This document shows, piece after piece, positions 37,896 through 49,654 of a stretch of DNA of 64,000 nucleotides. The translations under genes and the position numbers were made by a program. This DNA is from Adineta vaga (taxonomy: Eukaryota; Animalia; Rotifera). The first letter of the stretch is position 1. Every line of letters begins with the position of its first letter. The notes beneath the pieces were generated by a model. It made no database searches, was not told the origin of the DNA, and was given only the letters and a program-made list of their open reading frames with translations. The stretch is taken from assembly GCA_021613535.1 (NCBI GenBank), contig CP075494.1, positions 558,001 through 622,000 of the forward strand. Direction: 5' to 3'.

Positions 37896-40385
37896 ATGCC
37901 AAAAATTGTCGAAACTAATACTTCATTTGAAGATATTGATGCAAATCGGGACGGAAAGTAAGAATCAAGAATTTTCTGTTAAAATAATAAATTTATACAT
38001 ATATATATATGTATATAGTATTGATGAACATGAATTTCGAAATTGGGCTTCAAATACTGGAGGGATATCTTCTTCATCGTATGAAACATCGGCAAGTGAT
38101 ATTTACCTTAATGGTAATAATATTAGACGATTGCAACGAAATACATATGATACACGCGGAAGTGTAACAGTAGCTGGTGATTTTACGAATGAATCGGTGA
38201 TTGAAACACATAGTTTGGAAGAGACCAACAGATATCTTGAAAGATCGGTTGATATTTATAAGGATCGAGATCCATTAGTTATTCAAAAAGCAGTAGCGGA
38301 CAAACCGATAACATATCAACAACGAGTCCTTGTTCGATATCTTCAACCACCAGCTGTTCGACCACCAGGAGTAATCAAACAAAATATTTGTAAATACAAC
38401 TTTACTAATGTTTATATGATTTTAGCCACTCATTATTAAACAAGTGCGTGCACCTCAACCAGCACCACTTCCACCACTTATCATACGTCAATATATGCAA
38501 GCTGCTGTTGCACCACCTCCACTTATCTTACGTGAACGACCGCCCACACCACCACCAGCTATTCCTAGTGAAACAGGTTAAAAAAACAACAAATTTAAAT
38601 GGCATTGGCAGTCGGTTAGGGAATTTAGTTGAGACTGGAATATAGAAAAATAGAAAAATACTATCTAAATCTATACTTTTATTTGTAGAGAGGAAAAATA
38701 AAATTGATAATTGTATAAATAGACAGATTATTCTGATGTGCGAGACATATGGGACATTAAATTTTACATTGAAAAAGAGAGATTTTCGTACAAAAATAGC
38801 TTTCTCTCCTAGGTGGGACATGCGGGTCAGAGAAATTTCTTTCTTTTGGCATTAAGAGAAAGACTTTTGCTACCTATTTCTCCTGTTACGGTATATTTGA
38901 CACTGTTTTAAATAAATCTCTCTCTTTTTCTAGAATATATGTTTGCGACGCATAAATTATATGAATGAAAAAAGAATTATCGCTCAGATATTTTTTTATT
39001 GACAAATTGAAAATAGAATGTAATGAGTGGTATACTACTTTAGACATTGATAAAAATTTAGTGAAGTTTGGAAACATTACGAGCAGAGAGCTGGTGAAAA
39101 TGGCGACATAAATTAAAACGAGAAATAAAGCAGTTGAGTTTCAGGAACAGAAATATCGTTTTTTAGTGCCCCTTGAAATCAAAATAAATTTGGAATAGTT
39201 TAGACGAAATGATTTCGAGTAGGAGGTCAAAAAGAGAGGGAGTATAATTGGTTAATGAAGTGAATATTTCTACAAAATTTGACAAGTTAAACATGAAACA
39301 ACGAATACAATAACTTAATTAAAAAAGGTTATGATAGGACTATCGCTGAATCTACGTGTTGTAGGAACGAACATCTACTAAGAGAATATAAAATAGAGGA
39401 TTGATTGTGTCACGAAGATTTCATACATAATAATTTTTTGAAATATACTCTTTTACGAATTGTTCATTTACTATTATCAATCACGGAATCTTTATAAATA
39501 TCATCTATGTATAATCTTAGGAGTATAGCGAAAACGAAACTGTTCTTTGATAAAAAGAAAACAGTATTGAATGTCAAAACGTTTTTTCATGAAAATTCAT
39601 TTATAAAACTTCATTCGATTCAAATAGATTTATTGATGAAATGTATTTTATTTTCATTCTGTTTATCATTTTCGAATCTCTGTCTATATTTAATTTTCGT
39701 TTCTCTTTTTTCTTGTCTATTTTTTCACGCATTCCAATCTCAACTGAATTCTCATGTCAACTGTGGCATATATATGAGATTAATCAATATATATTTAATT
39801 TTATAGTTATTCGTCAGGTACCCGCTCTGCCTCCTCCACCACGATCAGTTATTATCGAACGTTTTCCATCTGCTCCAGAAAAACCACGTAAAAAGAATTA
39901 TTTTCACTTTCCTTTCTGTTGTTTTCTTATTACAGATCGTTGTTTTCTTACGATTTAGGTGATATTATCATTGAACGATGGCTTCCTTATGGACCTTTAC
40001 CTGAACGTCGTACAATTGTTGAAGAGGCTTCGGGTGCTGCTGTAGCATATCCAGAACCACGGAATAAAATCATTGTTTATGAACGTGCTGAACCACATGT
40101 AGTTCGACAATTTCACAAAGAAGGTGTTGTCAGCGAAGATCCTGCCAATTATGTAGCTCGTTATGGAGATTCACTTCTAGATTCAACAACACTTATTAAA
40201 ATGGCTCGCGATGCTGGCGTTTTTGAAGATCTGGTAAATTTGTTTCCATATAATGGTGAAAAATATCTAATGAATTGTTTTCCTAGTCTCCACCCGTAGT
40301 ACCATATTCGAATATACGTGAAAGTACCAGCGATTATGAATTATCAAGTAGAAACAGATACATACAGGGTAAGACTTGTTTGTAA
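37896..40385 (+). CDS. EF-hand plus Pro/Arg-rich protein, copy 2 (66-bp in-frame deletion; 1.15-kb TE in an intron)
   Basis: Same exon structure as copy 1. Confidence 0.75.
38609..39763. mobile_element. Non-autonomous TIR element (CAG...CTG ends), intronic
   Basis: ~50-bp imperfect TIRs: CAGTCGGTTAGGGAATTTAGTTGAGACTGGAAT versus reverse complement CAGTTGACATGAGAATTCAGTTGAGATTGGAAT; absent in copies 1 and 3; TSD ambiguous (TGG or TGGCAT). Confidence 0.8.
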
Positions 40386-40449
40386 TTTCTATATCCTATT
40401 CTTCTCTAAAACTTCCACATTTCGACACATGTATATATCTGACGGAGAA

Positions 40450-40813
40450 GAGTAGCTGCCTAATTCGAGTTATAATATAAATGGAGATTTTAGAAACATA
40501 TCTTAGCACAAAAATGGTGCTGGAGGAAGAGATAGTTTTACTTATTTATACCTATGATTCATATTTATACATAGATGTACCTTCATATGTGAGTTATAAT
40601 TAAGTAAGACTGAAACAAATCTAATCCTACCTATTCCTAACGATTCCTAAATCTACAGGAGAGTATATAAATGAACTATAAATGTATCAAAACAAAATTA
40701 CAAGTAGTCCTATTATATACTAAAGTTTTAGTTTTCGTTTTGTTGATTTATTTTCGAAGTTATAACAAGCGGCTGAATCTTCATTTATATTATAACTCAG
40801 ATTAGGCAGCTCA
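40450..40813. mobile_element. Mutator-like MITE, 364 bp, with 10-bp TSD
   Basis: ~38-bp TIRs AGCTGCCTAAT(TC/CT)GAGTTATAATATAAATG; TGACGGAGAA duplicated at 40440-40449 and 40814-40823; empty site in copy 1. Confidence 0.9.
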
Positions 40814-40875
40814 TGACGGAGAATGTCATTTTTCTGTTCGTCACTCACTCAGTTTCTGAGATAGCTATAGTCACC

Positions 40876-40936
40876 AAAGTAGGGTGTGGTTGTGGGGCAT
40901 CGTTATTGCTTTCTACGTCACCCACACCCTCAATAT
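40876..40936. repeat. Telomere-like palindromic site S18 (duplicate of S16)
   Basis: AAAGTAGGGTGTGGTTGTGGGG-spacer-CACCCACACCCTCAATAT. Confidence 0.9.
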
Positions 40937-41245
40937 TACATGACTTTCACTCGATTTTATCTTACGATATTTTAAAATAGATAACCAATACATAAGCAGT
41001 AGATCGACTCGACGACAAGGACTATTTAATTTCTCTCAATATGGTCTGCTTCCATCTGATTGTGAGTATATCAGTTTCATCATATATCATAGCTAGTTGT
41101 CTTGTTTGCTTGTTCACAATATTAGATACTCCTGGTATGAAATTTACTCGGAAATTCGTTAGACCAAGTAAGTCTATTCATATAATTTCTCCGGGTTGAA
41201 CTGTATTAAATATATATAGCAAACTTCTCCTTTCCTTCATCAACA

Positions 41246-41856
41246 ATGTGGTCAATTAGAACTGCTAAATATAAGGAGCAAGTTACTGATGGTCAAATTA
41301 CAAGTGTTACTGTAGAATTAATCGAAGACGGCGTAGTTATTCATTCTCGTACAGTGACCAAACAAGAGTACAAACGAGGTGAGGATAATGTATTCATAAG
41401 TCTATTACATATGTATGTAATCTTTTGTTTATTCATTCTATTGTAGCAAATGTTTCTTCATCAGTTCCGAAATTGGCATGGAATGAGTTCATACAAGTCT
41501 TGCAAGTATTCATGTTAGGCAATAATCAGGAACGAGAATCCGATATTGCCCGCGCCTTCGACATTCTCGACCAAGGTAGAAGAGGTCTCTACAACCGAAC
41601 AATCAGTTTATCGGATGGTCTGATTTCACCTGATGAATTACGAGCCTTTTTGTCAATCCTTACCGATGAAGTAATCTTTTAGTTTAATTGAAAAGTTGAG
41701 TTTATTTTGTCTTTAATCATTGTTTTGTTTTAGTATCGTGTTGATCTTTGTGTTTTTCTGGCTGACACAGATGGATCTGGCAAAATTAACTTGTCTGAAT
41801 TTACTCGAATGGTGAAATCAGGATTGGCAAGAGATATTATCTGCGAATGCGTCTAA
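41246..41856 (+). CDS. Small EF-hand protein, copy 2
   Basis: Near-identical to 31471-32080. Confidence 0.85.
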
Positions 41857-42049
41857 TCGTCTGAATGGATTTGACGAGAACTTTTAAAATGCTTTTGAAG
41901 GGGATGCTTTTTTAATCTAGATTATAGAATAAAATTTGGTGAAAAATTACAATGAGTTTCATACGAAAAGAGAAAATAGCCTTAATCTTTCTCTGTCTGT
42001 TTTTATTGCGTTCAGTGGTCAATTGTCTTTAACATGTCTGTTGCATAGC

Positions 42050-42095
42050 AGGGTGTGGGTGTTAGATAGATGTAGTGCCCGCAATCCCACCCTTC
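42050..42095. repeat. Telomere-like palindromic site S19 at the duplication breakpoint
   Basis: AGGGTGTGGGTGT-spacer-GCCCGCAATCCCACCCTTC. Confidence 0.75.
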
Positions 42096-42255
42096 CCATA
42101 ATAATCTTTTTTATCACCAATGTGTTGCTTGTCATTTTGAATGTTTAAATTGGTCGGAATACCGTATACCATCGGAACTAACGATGAATTGTAATACTTG
42201 TAATGCAAGTGCATGTTGAAAAACGAGTGTTACTTGTTCACATGGAAGTATTTAT

Positions 42256-42940
42256 TTATATATATATTACAGCGAAACTTGATTTGAAAACACATATAGA
42301 TACACTTAATACAAGAGCACGGTAAAAACAAGTAACAAGTTTATTTGTAAAAGCTAAAATTAATAACATAATACAAGTTGTAATACCATAAACACCTAAC
42401 ATTAAAATAACAATAATATTACGGCGAAAAATAATCATATCACGGTCAGGAGATTGTTTAATGTGAATAAGGTTTGAATTTAAACTTTGTTGACGTAAAA
42501 AATACGTACCGCAAATATAAATTAATGTTATTAATAGAAAAGGTATTCCATATATTTGTTAAAAATTAGTGTGATGCTAACTCCGTCGTGCTAGCTTCAC
42601 ACCGATCATCACTTGTAAAATAAATGAGAGATAAACAGCAGACATAAATACATGAAAAATATATGATTAATTACGACAAACTGATGTTTCTTTTTCATTA
42701 TTAAATTCAATTCAATTAAACCACCTTGAAATATTCGAATATTTATTGTAAATGGTAAAATACCAAGAAGAAATGAAATAATATGATTATTTGTACAAAG
42801 AAGTAATTGAATATTATAAAGATTTTTTTGTCGTAATAAAATACATATTACTATACTCATTGTTGTTATTAAAAGAATAATGCTTTGAGAGTATGACGCA
42901 CTTGTCTCATCTTCAATGTCACCCATCCATATTTCCAACA
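42256..42940 (-). pseudogene. Degraded class-A GPCR-like pseudogene
   Basis: Hydrophobic segments with LLCTNNH and DMIIFRRNIIV motifs; frameshifts and missing middle region. Confidence 0.5.
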
Positions 42941-43291
42941 GAATATAGGCAGCGTCCGTATTCAAGTAATTTTTTAATTATAATATTGTATCTTCATTCT
43001 CAATACATTGGTACAATACTTATAATAAACGAATGTGAAATTACTGTGTTTTCTGTCGCTCAGGGAAAATGACAAACAGTATCGAACATGTTTTTTGAAC
43101 CCCTTATATTCTCGAGTGGGAAAATTCTGCTGTCCCTGACAAGCAAACGTGAGATATGAGAATGAAGCAGATGAATAAAAATAAGATTTTTATAAAACTA
43201 ATATCTTACTATACATATAAGTGAATAAGTAAGGAAAAAACCTTTTGTAACGGAATTAAATAAAATATATTATGATTTTTATAAAGAATTA

Positions 43292-43756
43292 TTAATTTGT
43301 TTGGAAAATATTTTCATTCGTCTCTCTCGTACTTTTATTGTTTGAATAGATGTAACAAGTGTTATTTGCGTTGAAAATGACTTCGAATATAGTTTGTCGT
43401 ATTTCTCGATCTGATAAGATACTAAATAATGTTGTTAACCATCGATATTTTGTTGATAAGATTGAAGAAAAGAAACGAGATATGGCTTGAGTCATATATG
43501 AATGTATCATTCCTCCAATTGAAACATAGATAAAATTACTTGTATCCGAAAGAATAAAAATAGAATGAATGTAATTAATTATATAAATAATTGAAAGATA
43601 CATTGATCCAAATGATGTATTACAAATAAGTAAATGATTTACTGTATGTAAACGAGGTTTTGTTCGATAAATAAAGATGAAAATAAATCAATCAATAATT
43701 ATACAGATAAAACCAAATATTGATAAAAGAAGAGCTGTTGTTTGAAATTCATTCAT
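43292..43756 (-). pseudogene. Internally deleted class-A GPCR-like pseudogene
   Basis: MNEFQTTALLLSIFG...LHTVNHLLICNT...QAISRFF...KYRWLT joined directly to TM7/helix-8-like LFSILSDREIR; frameshift near 43690. Confidence 0.6.
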
Positions 43757-44107
43757 GTCAAAAATGAAAATGGTAAATAACTTCAAACGTATATGCTAAA
43801 AAATGAAATTAATAGAGAAGAAAGAAAATTTGCTAATGGTTAATTCAAGTGTGACTAATAAAATGAGAATGATTTAACTTTTGAATTGAAAAAAGTTATT
43901 TTATCTGTTTTATTTTAACTCTAAAAATTAAACGTCGAATTATATTGAGGAAAGAGTATCTTATCTATTTGTTTTTAAAATGAAATAAAAAATGAACGAA
44001 AAGATTTTTTGTTAATATGTTGCTTATTTCTTTCTTTGAAACTAATAATTATTTCGGTACTTTGAAAATTAACACATGACTTACTTCAAGTTTGATGATG
44101 ATATAAA

Positions 44108-44182
44108 AATAAGATGGGTGTGAGTTTGGAAGGGGGCAAGTCAATGTCTCTATCCGCTCTCACTCACATCCACCCTCAAAAT
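44108..44182. repeat. Telomere-like palindromic site S20
   Basis: AATAAGATGGGTGTGAGTTTGG-spacer-CTCACTCACATCCACCCTCAA. Confidence 0.8.
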
Positions 44183-44332
44183 ATGATTTGAATAATGCTT
44201 TTTATTAGGTTAAATATGAGCACAACACAACATCTTTCATTGGAGATTTAATATAGTAGGATAAAAATAAGTTTGTTTTTTTCCTATTCAATTGTATAAT
44301 AAACTTAACGTAAAATATATACGGAAAAGTAA

Positions 44333-45358
44333 TTAGATTGTTGGTATGTTATGTCTTCGACATCGTTTAAGTATTTTTCTTTGAATAATTTGTTTTAATT
44401 CTTGTCGAAATAAACCGGATGTTGAAATAAAATTGATAAATGTTAAAGCATAACCAAGATAAATCATATCATAAAAGATATTATTCATAAATGTGTCGAT
44501 CAAAGCACGTGATCCTGATAATGAACTAACACCAAGATATGTTCGATAAATTGTGTACACAGGATATGGTACATTTAAAATCAAATAAATAATAATTTGA
44601 TTAGCTAACATTTTATGAAATTGTATGTCTTTTCTTGATATTCGACCATTCGTAAGAATCTGATTTCTTTCAAGTATTTCAGTTGGTGAAACACGTTGTT
44701 TACTTTGATGAATATTACGAATAGTAAGTAATCCAAAGAATAACATTGGAATAATGGGAAAAAATCCATTTTCTGCTGTGATAAAAAAACTAAAATATTT
44801 CATAACATTTACTACGAGAATTCTACATTTGTCATTTGTGACACCAAAGGAAATAAGAACTTGGATATAGAAAAGAAGCCAAAAAATAGTAGCGATAATG
44901 ATAAGATAAAGAGCAATCTTTGGTGAACTCCATCGACGAAAACGAACACTGTGAGAACTACAAAAAAAACGATCTGCTGCAGCAAATATAATATTATAAC
45001 GAGCAGTAGCCGCAAACACATAAAAAATATAGTAACGGGTTTTACAAAACCATTCTGGAAGTGAATTAACTGGAACACCATAACCATATTGAATCATTCG
45101 AATAAAAGTTGCCGAATTGAAAACAAAAATTTGTGAAATACTTGAAGCTATGAAATATATAGCACAAGGACTTTTACGAAATACTGGTTGATAAAATACA
45201 ATACAAGTACCAATCGATCCAATACTGCCAACAATCCACAAAATACAGTCAAGACTTTGTGAAGCGATTTGAATTAAAAAATTGAAAAGAGTTATCAATT
45301 GAATTTCTCTGTCTAAAGCAACAACTACAGTAATAGTAATTATTGTCGTGTTACTCAT
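44333..45358 (-). CDS. Class-A (rhodopsin-like) orphan GPCR, intronless
   Basis: Seven hydrophobic segments; FRKSPCAIYFIA, WFCK, AADRF and FRQEL helix 8. Confidence 0.9.
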   Translation of the reverse strand: MSNTTIITITVVVALDREIQLITLFNFLIQIASQSLDCILWIVGSIGSIGTCIVFYQPVFRKSPCAIYFIASSISQIFVFNSATFIRMIQYGYGVPVNSLPEWFCKTRYYIFYVFAATARYNIIFAAADRFFCSSHSVRFRRWSSPKIALYLIIIATIFWLLFYIQVLISFGVTNDKCRILVVNVMKYFSFFITAENGFFPIIPMLFFGLLTIRNIHQSKQRVSPTEILERNQILTNGRISRKDIQFHKMLANQIIIYLILNVPYPVYTIYRTYLGVSSLSGSRALIDTFMNNIFYDMIYLGYALTFINFISTSGLFRQELKQIIQRKILKRCRRHNIPTI

Positions 45359-46606
45359 GTTTTAAACTTTAAAAGAAAAAGAAGCAATAAGTCTGTCAAT
45401 TATAGGAACCTTTTTTAGATAAAAATAAATGCTTTATTTATAGAAGATAATTAAGGATTTGTATTTATTCAAGCGATAATAATTAAAACGATAATAAATT
45501 GGCACAGAGCGATGAACATATCAAAAAAGGTTTATTATAGTCTTTGAGTCTTTTATTCTGCAGGTTTTGAAGGATTATTCGAAATAGTTTGTGAAAGAAT
45601 TTATAATTTAATAATAAATACAGAAAACATATCATTTAAAATCTAATTATTAAGTGAAATATCAAGTTTAACTGGATATTTGAAGAGTATCTTAAATAAT
45701 CAAGAGAATTGCACTAACTTTAAATGTAGTTTATAAAGATTTCGATTAGTTTTGTAATAAGAACATGTTCTAAGTTAGTGAAGCCGATCAAATTATTCAA
45801 AAAACATTTTTAGTTTTAAAACCTCACAACTTTTGTTCTAAGATGTAAAAGCGCATTAATTAACATCATAGATCAAATGTTTAGAATAAATACTATGAAG
45901 TTTGTATAGAACTATTTCGACTTATCGAGTATCAACACCTTTTATTTCATTATTAATTTGTTTTTATGAGAACAGTTACCGAATTCAGGATGTGCACTGT
46001 TTGTACTTCCACCAATTCAATATATCAAACATATCATCTTCATTTTAATATCTTAGTCATATTTTTTGATAATCTCTCAACAATTTTTCTAAACTTAAAT
46101 ATTCTCAACTGGAAATTTTATGTTAAGAAATCGGCAATAATGAAAGTATATATTCAATTACTAATAAAGATTATGCTCAAAAATCCTCATTGATTACTGA
46201 AATGATCATATCTCTTCTCCACCTTCACCAGCGAAGAACCTTTTCATAATGACGGAGCACTTGTATAGCAGAAAAAAAATTATGGTGTAGAAAATGACGC
46301 ATCGTCATCAACTTATAATAGAAAAAAGACGGCATTGAAGTACGTTTAGGTACAAAAAGCACGTTTTTTTCTTCTCTTTCGTCTAATACACATTAGCCCG
46401 TGCAATAATATGTCGTGGTATAAATACCGACAGTTTCTTTTTCTTTTTCTAGCATTCTTGCCATTTATTATATTAACGTACGAATAGAGTAACATTCAAG
46501 TAGATACAGGCAAATATTCCACAGATACTAAATTATTTTTTTTTAACCTATCTATTTCATTGTTAATCATTCTATTTCTTATGTTTAGATATTCATAGTT
46601 TGAAAT

Positions 46607-47879
46607 ATGCAACCAGCACCACCACCAATTAGTGCTCTTGCACGATATCGTATTCTAGCACCTACTGCAGCTGTTCGTGTATCACCATTATGTCTCGGAG
46701 CAATGTCACTTGGCGATGCTTGGTGTGAATTTTTGGGTACACAATCAAAAGAAAACTCCTTTAAGATACTCGATGCTTTTTTTGATGCTGGTGGAAATTT
46801 CATCGATACTGCAAGTAATTATCAAGATGAACAAAGTGAAATAATAATAGGAGAATGGATGACTAAACGACAGAATCGAAGTCAATTGGTTATTGCGACT
46901 AAATTTAGTACTGGATATCGATCAGATTGGAATAAAGAACCGATTCATGTGAATTTTGCTGGTAATTCAACGAAATGTTTACATGAAAGTGTTGCTGCCT
47001 CTCTGAAAAAACTTCAAACCGATTACATCGATTTACTCTATGTGCATTGGTAATAATTTCTCTTTTTCTCTCAAATATTATTAAACAATATTAGCTCTGA
47101 AAACATTATAGGTGGGATTATACTTGTTCTATTCCTGAACTCATGCAATCACTTGATCATTTGGTTAAAGCAGGCAAAGTGTTATATTTAGGTGCCAGTG
47201 ATACACCAGCATGGGTTGTTGCCAAAGCAAATCAATATGCTCGAGATCATGGAATGCGTCAATTTTCTGTTTATCAAGGTTTGTACAATGCTGCGAAACG
47301 TGATGTAGAAAGAGAGATTCTTTCAATGGTACAACATGAAGGAATGGCTTTCGCACCATGGGGCACCTTAGGTAGAGGTAATTTTAAAACCAAAGAGCAG
47401 ATAGAAGCAATGGAGAAGGCTGGTGATAAAGGAAGAACAGCTGGTGGTCCAGTCAAAGGCAAGATTATTGAATAACTTTGAAAACATATTTTATAGTGAG
47501 TTTTCAACTAAAATTCGTCTTTTTTGAAATGTTTGTAGGTCCATCTGCAGAAGATCAAGCTGTGACTGCTGTATTAGATAAAATTGGCAAGAGTAAAAAT
47601 GTCTCTCTTACTCAAATTGCCCTCGCTTATGTCATGGCAAAACAACCTTATATCTTTCCTATTGTAGGTATTCGAAAAGTTGAGCAATTACACGATAACA
47701 TCGAAGGATTAAAAATACGTTTAAGTAAAGAAGAAATAGAAGAAATCGATAAAGCATATGACTTCAAACTTGGATTTCCCGTGGATTTTATTGCACAACA
47801 TCCAAGTCAAAATTGGCTTTTAAAAGTGGCTGGTAATTACGATTGGGTGGAAGAAATAAAAAGTCTCAATGTGAACTAA
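46607..47879 (+). CDS. Aldo-keto reductase, fungal aryl-alcohol dehydrogenase/NorA-like subfamily, 3 exons
   Basis: VSPLCLGAM, GGNFIDTASNYQDEQSE, IATKF, LQTDYIDLLYVHWWD, GKVLYLGASDTPAW; introns 47050-47112 and GC-AG 47459-47538. Confidence 0.93.
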
Positions 47880-47949
47880 AATCAAATGATTATCATATAC
47901 ATATTAATTCTCTTTTATTAACAAACACATATAATTTCTTATAAATAAA

Positions 47950-48012
47950 ATCTTCAGAGTGAGAGTGAATGTAATTATGTTCTTTCCCTATCCTCAGTCG
48001 CATCTCTTTTTA
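47950..48012. repeat. Degenerate palindromic site S21
   Basis: ATCTTCAGAGTGAGAGTG...CATCTCTTTTTA just after the AKR poly(A) signal. Confidence 0.35.
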
Positions 48013-48034
48013 CAATACAATATTAAATCTATAT

Positions 48035-48583
48035 CCCTTTCGGGACGGGAAACCACTATAGTGGCTTCTGGTAATTTTTATACAGAGAGATATATTATTC
48101 ATTGATGATCGAAAGTAGCTGCATATGCGTTAGAGTATCTCATTGTAGTGATATGTATATGTATATCTAATGATATATATGTGATCATTCTTCATTTTCT
48201 TTTGTTTCTGCCTTGTCTAAGCTTATCACATTGGATCATTCTGATTTATTTTTCTGCACACGCATATGAGCATGGTTTGAATGAGAGGAGAGTTTTAGAT
48301 GGTGTCATCAGTTGTGCATCTTCTTTTATTTTCCATTAGTAATCAATGGGGGACTATGACAGTGTATTGACTGTAGCACGGTAGTCAAACGACAAAAAAA
48401 CGATTTCGCACCAGATATAAATGTGCAGATTGCGGTGTCGGTTTATGCGTCGCAAATTGTTTTCGAGAATATCATACCTGGAAAGCGTATTGATAAACTT
48501 TGATGAAAAATAAAAACAGTCGATTCCTAAAATCTTATTTTTCTACTTCTTTTTTTCCAAGAAATAATCCCGTCCTGAAAGGG
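48035..48583 (+). mobile_element. Internally deleted piggyBac-superfamily element (549 bp) with ATAT TSD
   Basis: 16-bp TIRs CCCTTTC(G/A)GGACGGGA; ATAT on both flanks; 48407-48493 encodes RTRYKCADCGVGLCVANCFREYH, the piggyBac C-terminal Cys-rich domain. Confidence 0.88.
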
Positions 48584-49654
48584 ATATGGGCAAAATCATT
48601 TTAATAGCGACATGACACCGTAAAATTGCAACATGTGTATATCAGGCTAATGTAGTTCTTCAGAGCTGTTTTTTTTATATTGCATACATGTTCAAGTGTT
48701 ACAAAGCCAGTAACCATTTACCCTTTGATAATGATGGGACTGAATCCTCTTGTCTCCACCCTGGCTAAGCCAATATAACCACATCGTCTCCTCCAAGATA
48801 GTACATAAAGAATATACATTACCTCTTGCATCCATAATATATATATTGCTTTACCGTTATATGATCTCATGTTATAAACCATGTTTGAGGATTAACATGC
48901 TCTACATACCAAGGGAAGAAATCTATACTGTGAACAATGTTTGAGGATTTAAATATTTTACATACCGAGGGAAAAAATCCATATTGACATGTTTTTAAAG
49001 GGAAAGATGTCTTTTTCTCCCTCTCTCTGTCTAAATATGTATATATATATGAAGAACAAGTCGGATGAAATAATATTGTCAGATTTGCATTTTCGAGAGA
49101 GCCCGTAGAAATTATTTCATAGTATAAGATTGTTAAAAGTTTCACTTGTTTTTCGCTTAATCCTGGTATATTTTTGCATGTATGATACATTCAAAACACA
49201 GTCAATTCAACATGTTCTCTTCAAATGTATGTAATGTTAAATTATTTTCTTCACGAATCATAGGCATTCTATTGGAATCCTTAACTTAGCGCTATTATGC
49301 TGCAATTCAAGATCAACTGATCTAAGTTTGGGTTATCAGTTAGATTCTTATAATTCGTGAAGAAAATAAATTTGCAGGATAAACCTTCTGTACATTTGCA
49401 GAAGAAATGTAAACCATATTTGGATGCATTATACATACAGATATCTATGAGAATAAAGAGAAAAAAAACGGAAGCCTTTTATGTGGACTGCTCACGATTG
49501 CGAATGCGATTTTTCCCACTTGAATGCTATACCATATACATCTGTAGATATTACAAAATATGAGTATTTGATATTTTTATGACAGATATATTAATTAGTA
49601 TTCATTGATTTCTTTTATTTTAAGAACTTATTTGTGCTTTGTCTTTTTGCGAAA

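Larger units (their letters stand above)
36536..42050 (+). repeat. Dispersed duplication unit, copy 2 (extra insertions; ends exactly at S19)
   Basis: Alignment by eye to copies 1 and 3. Confidence 0.95.
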
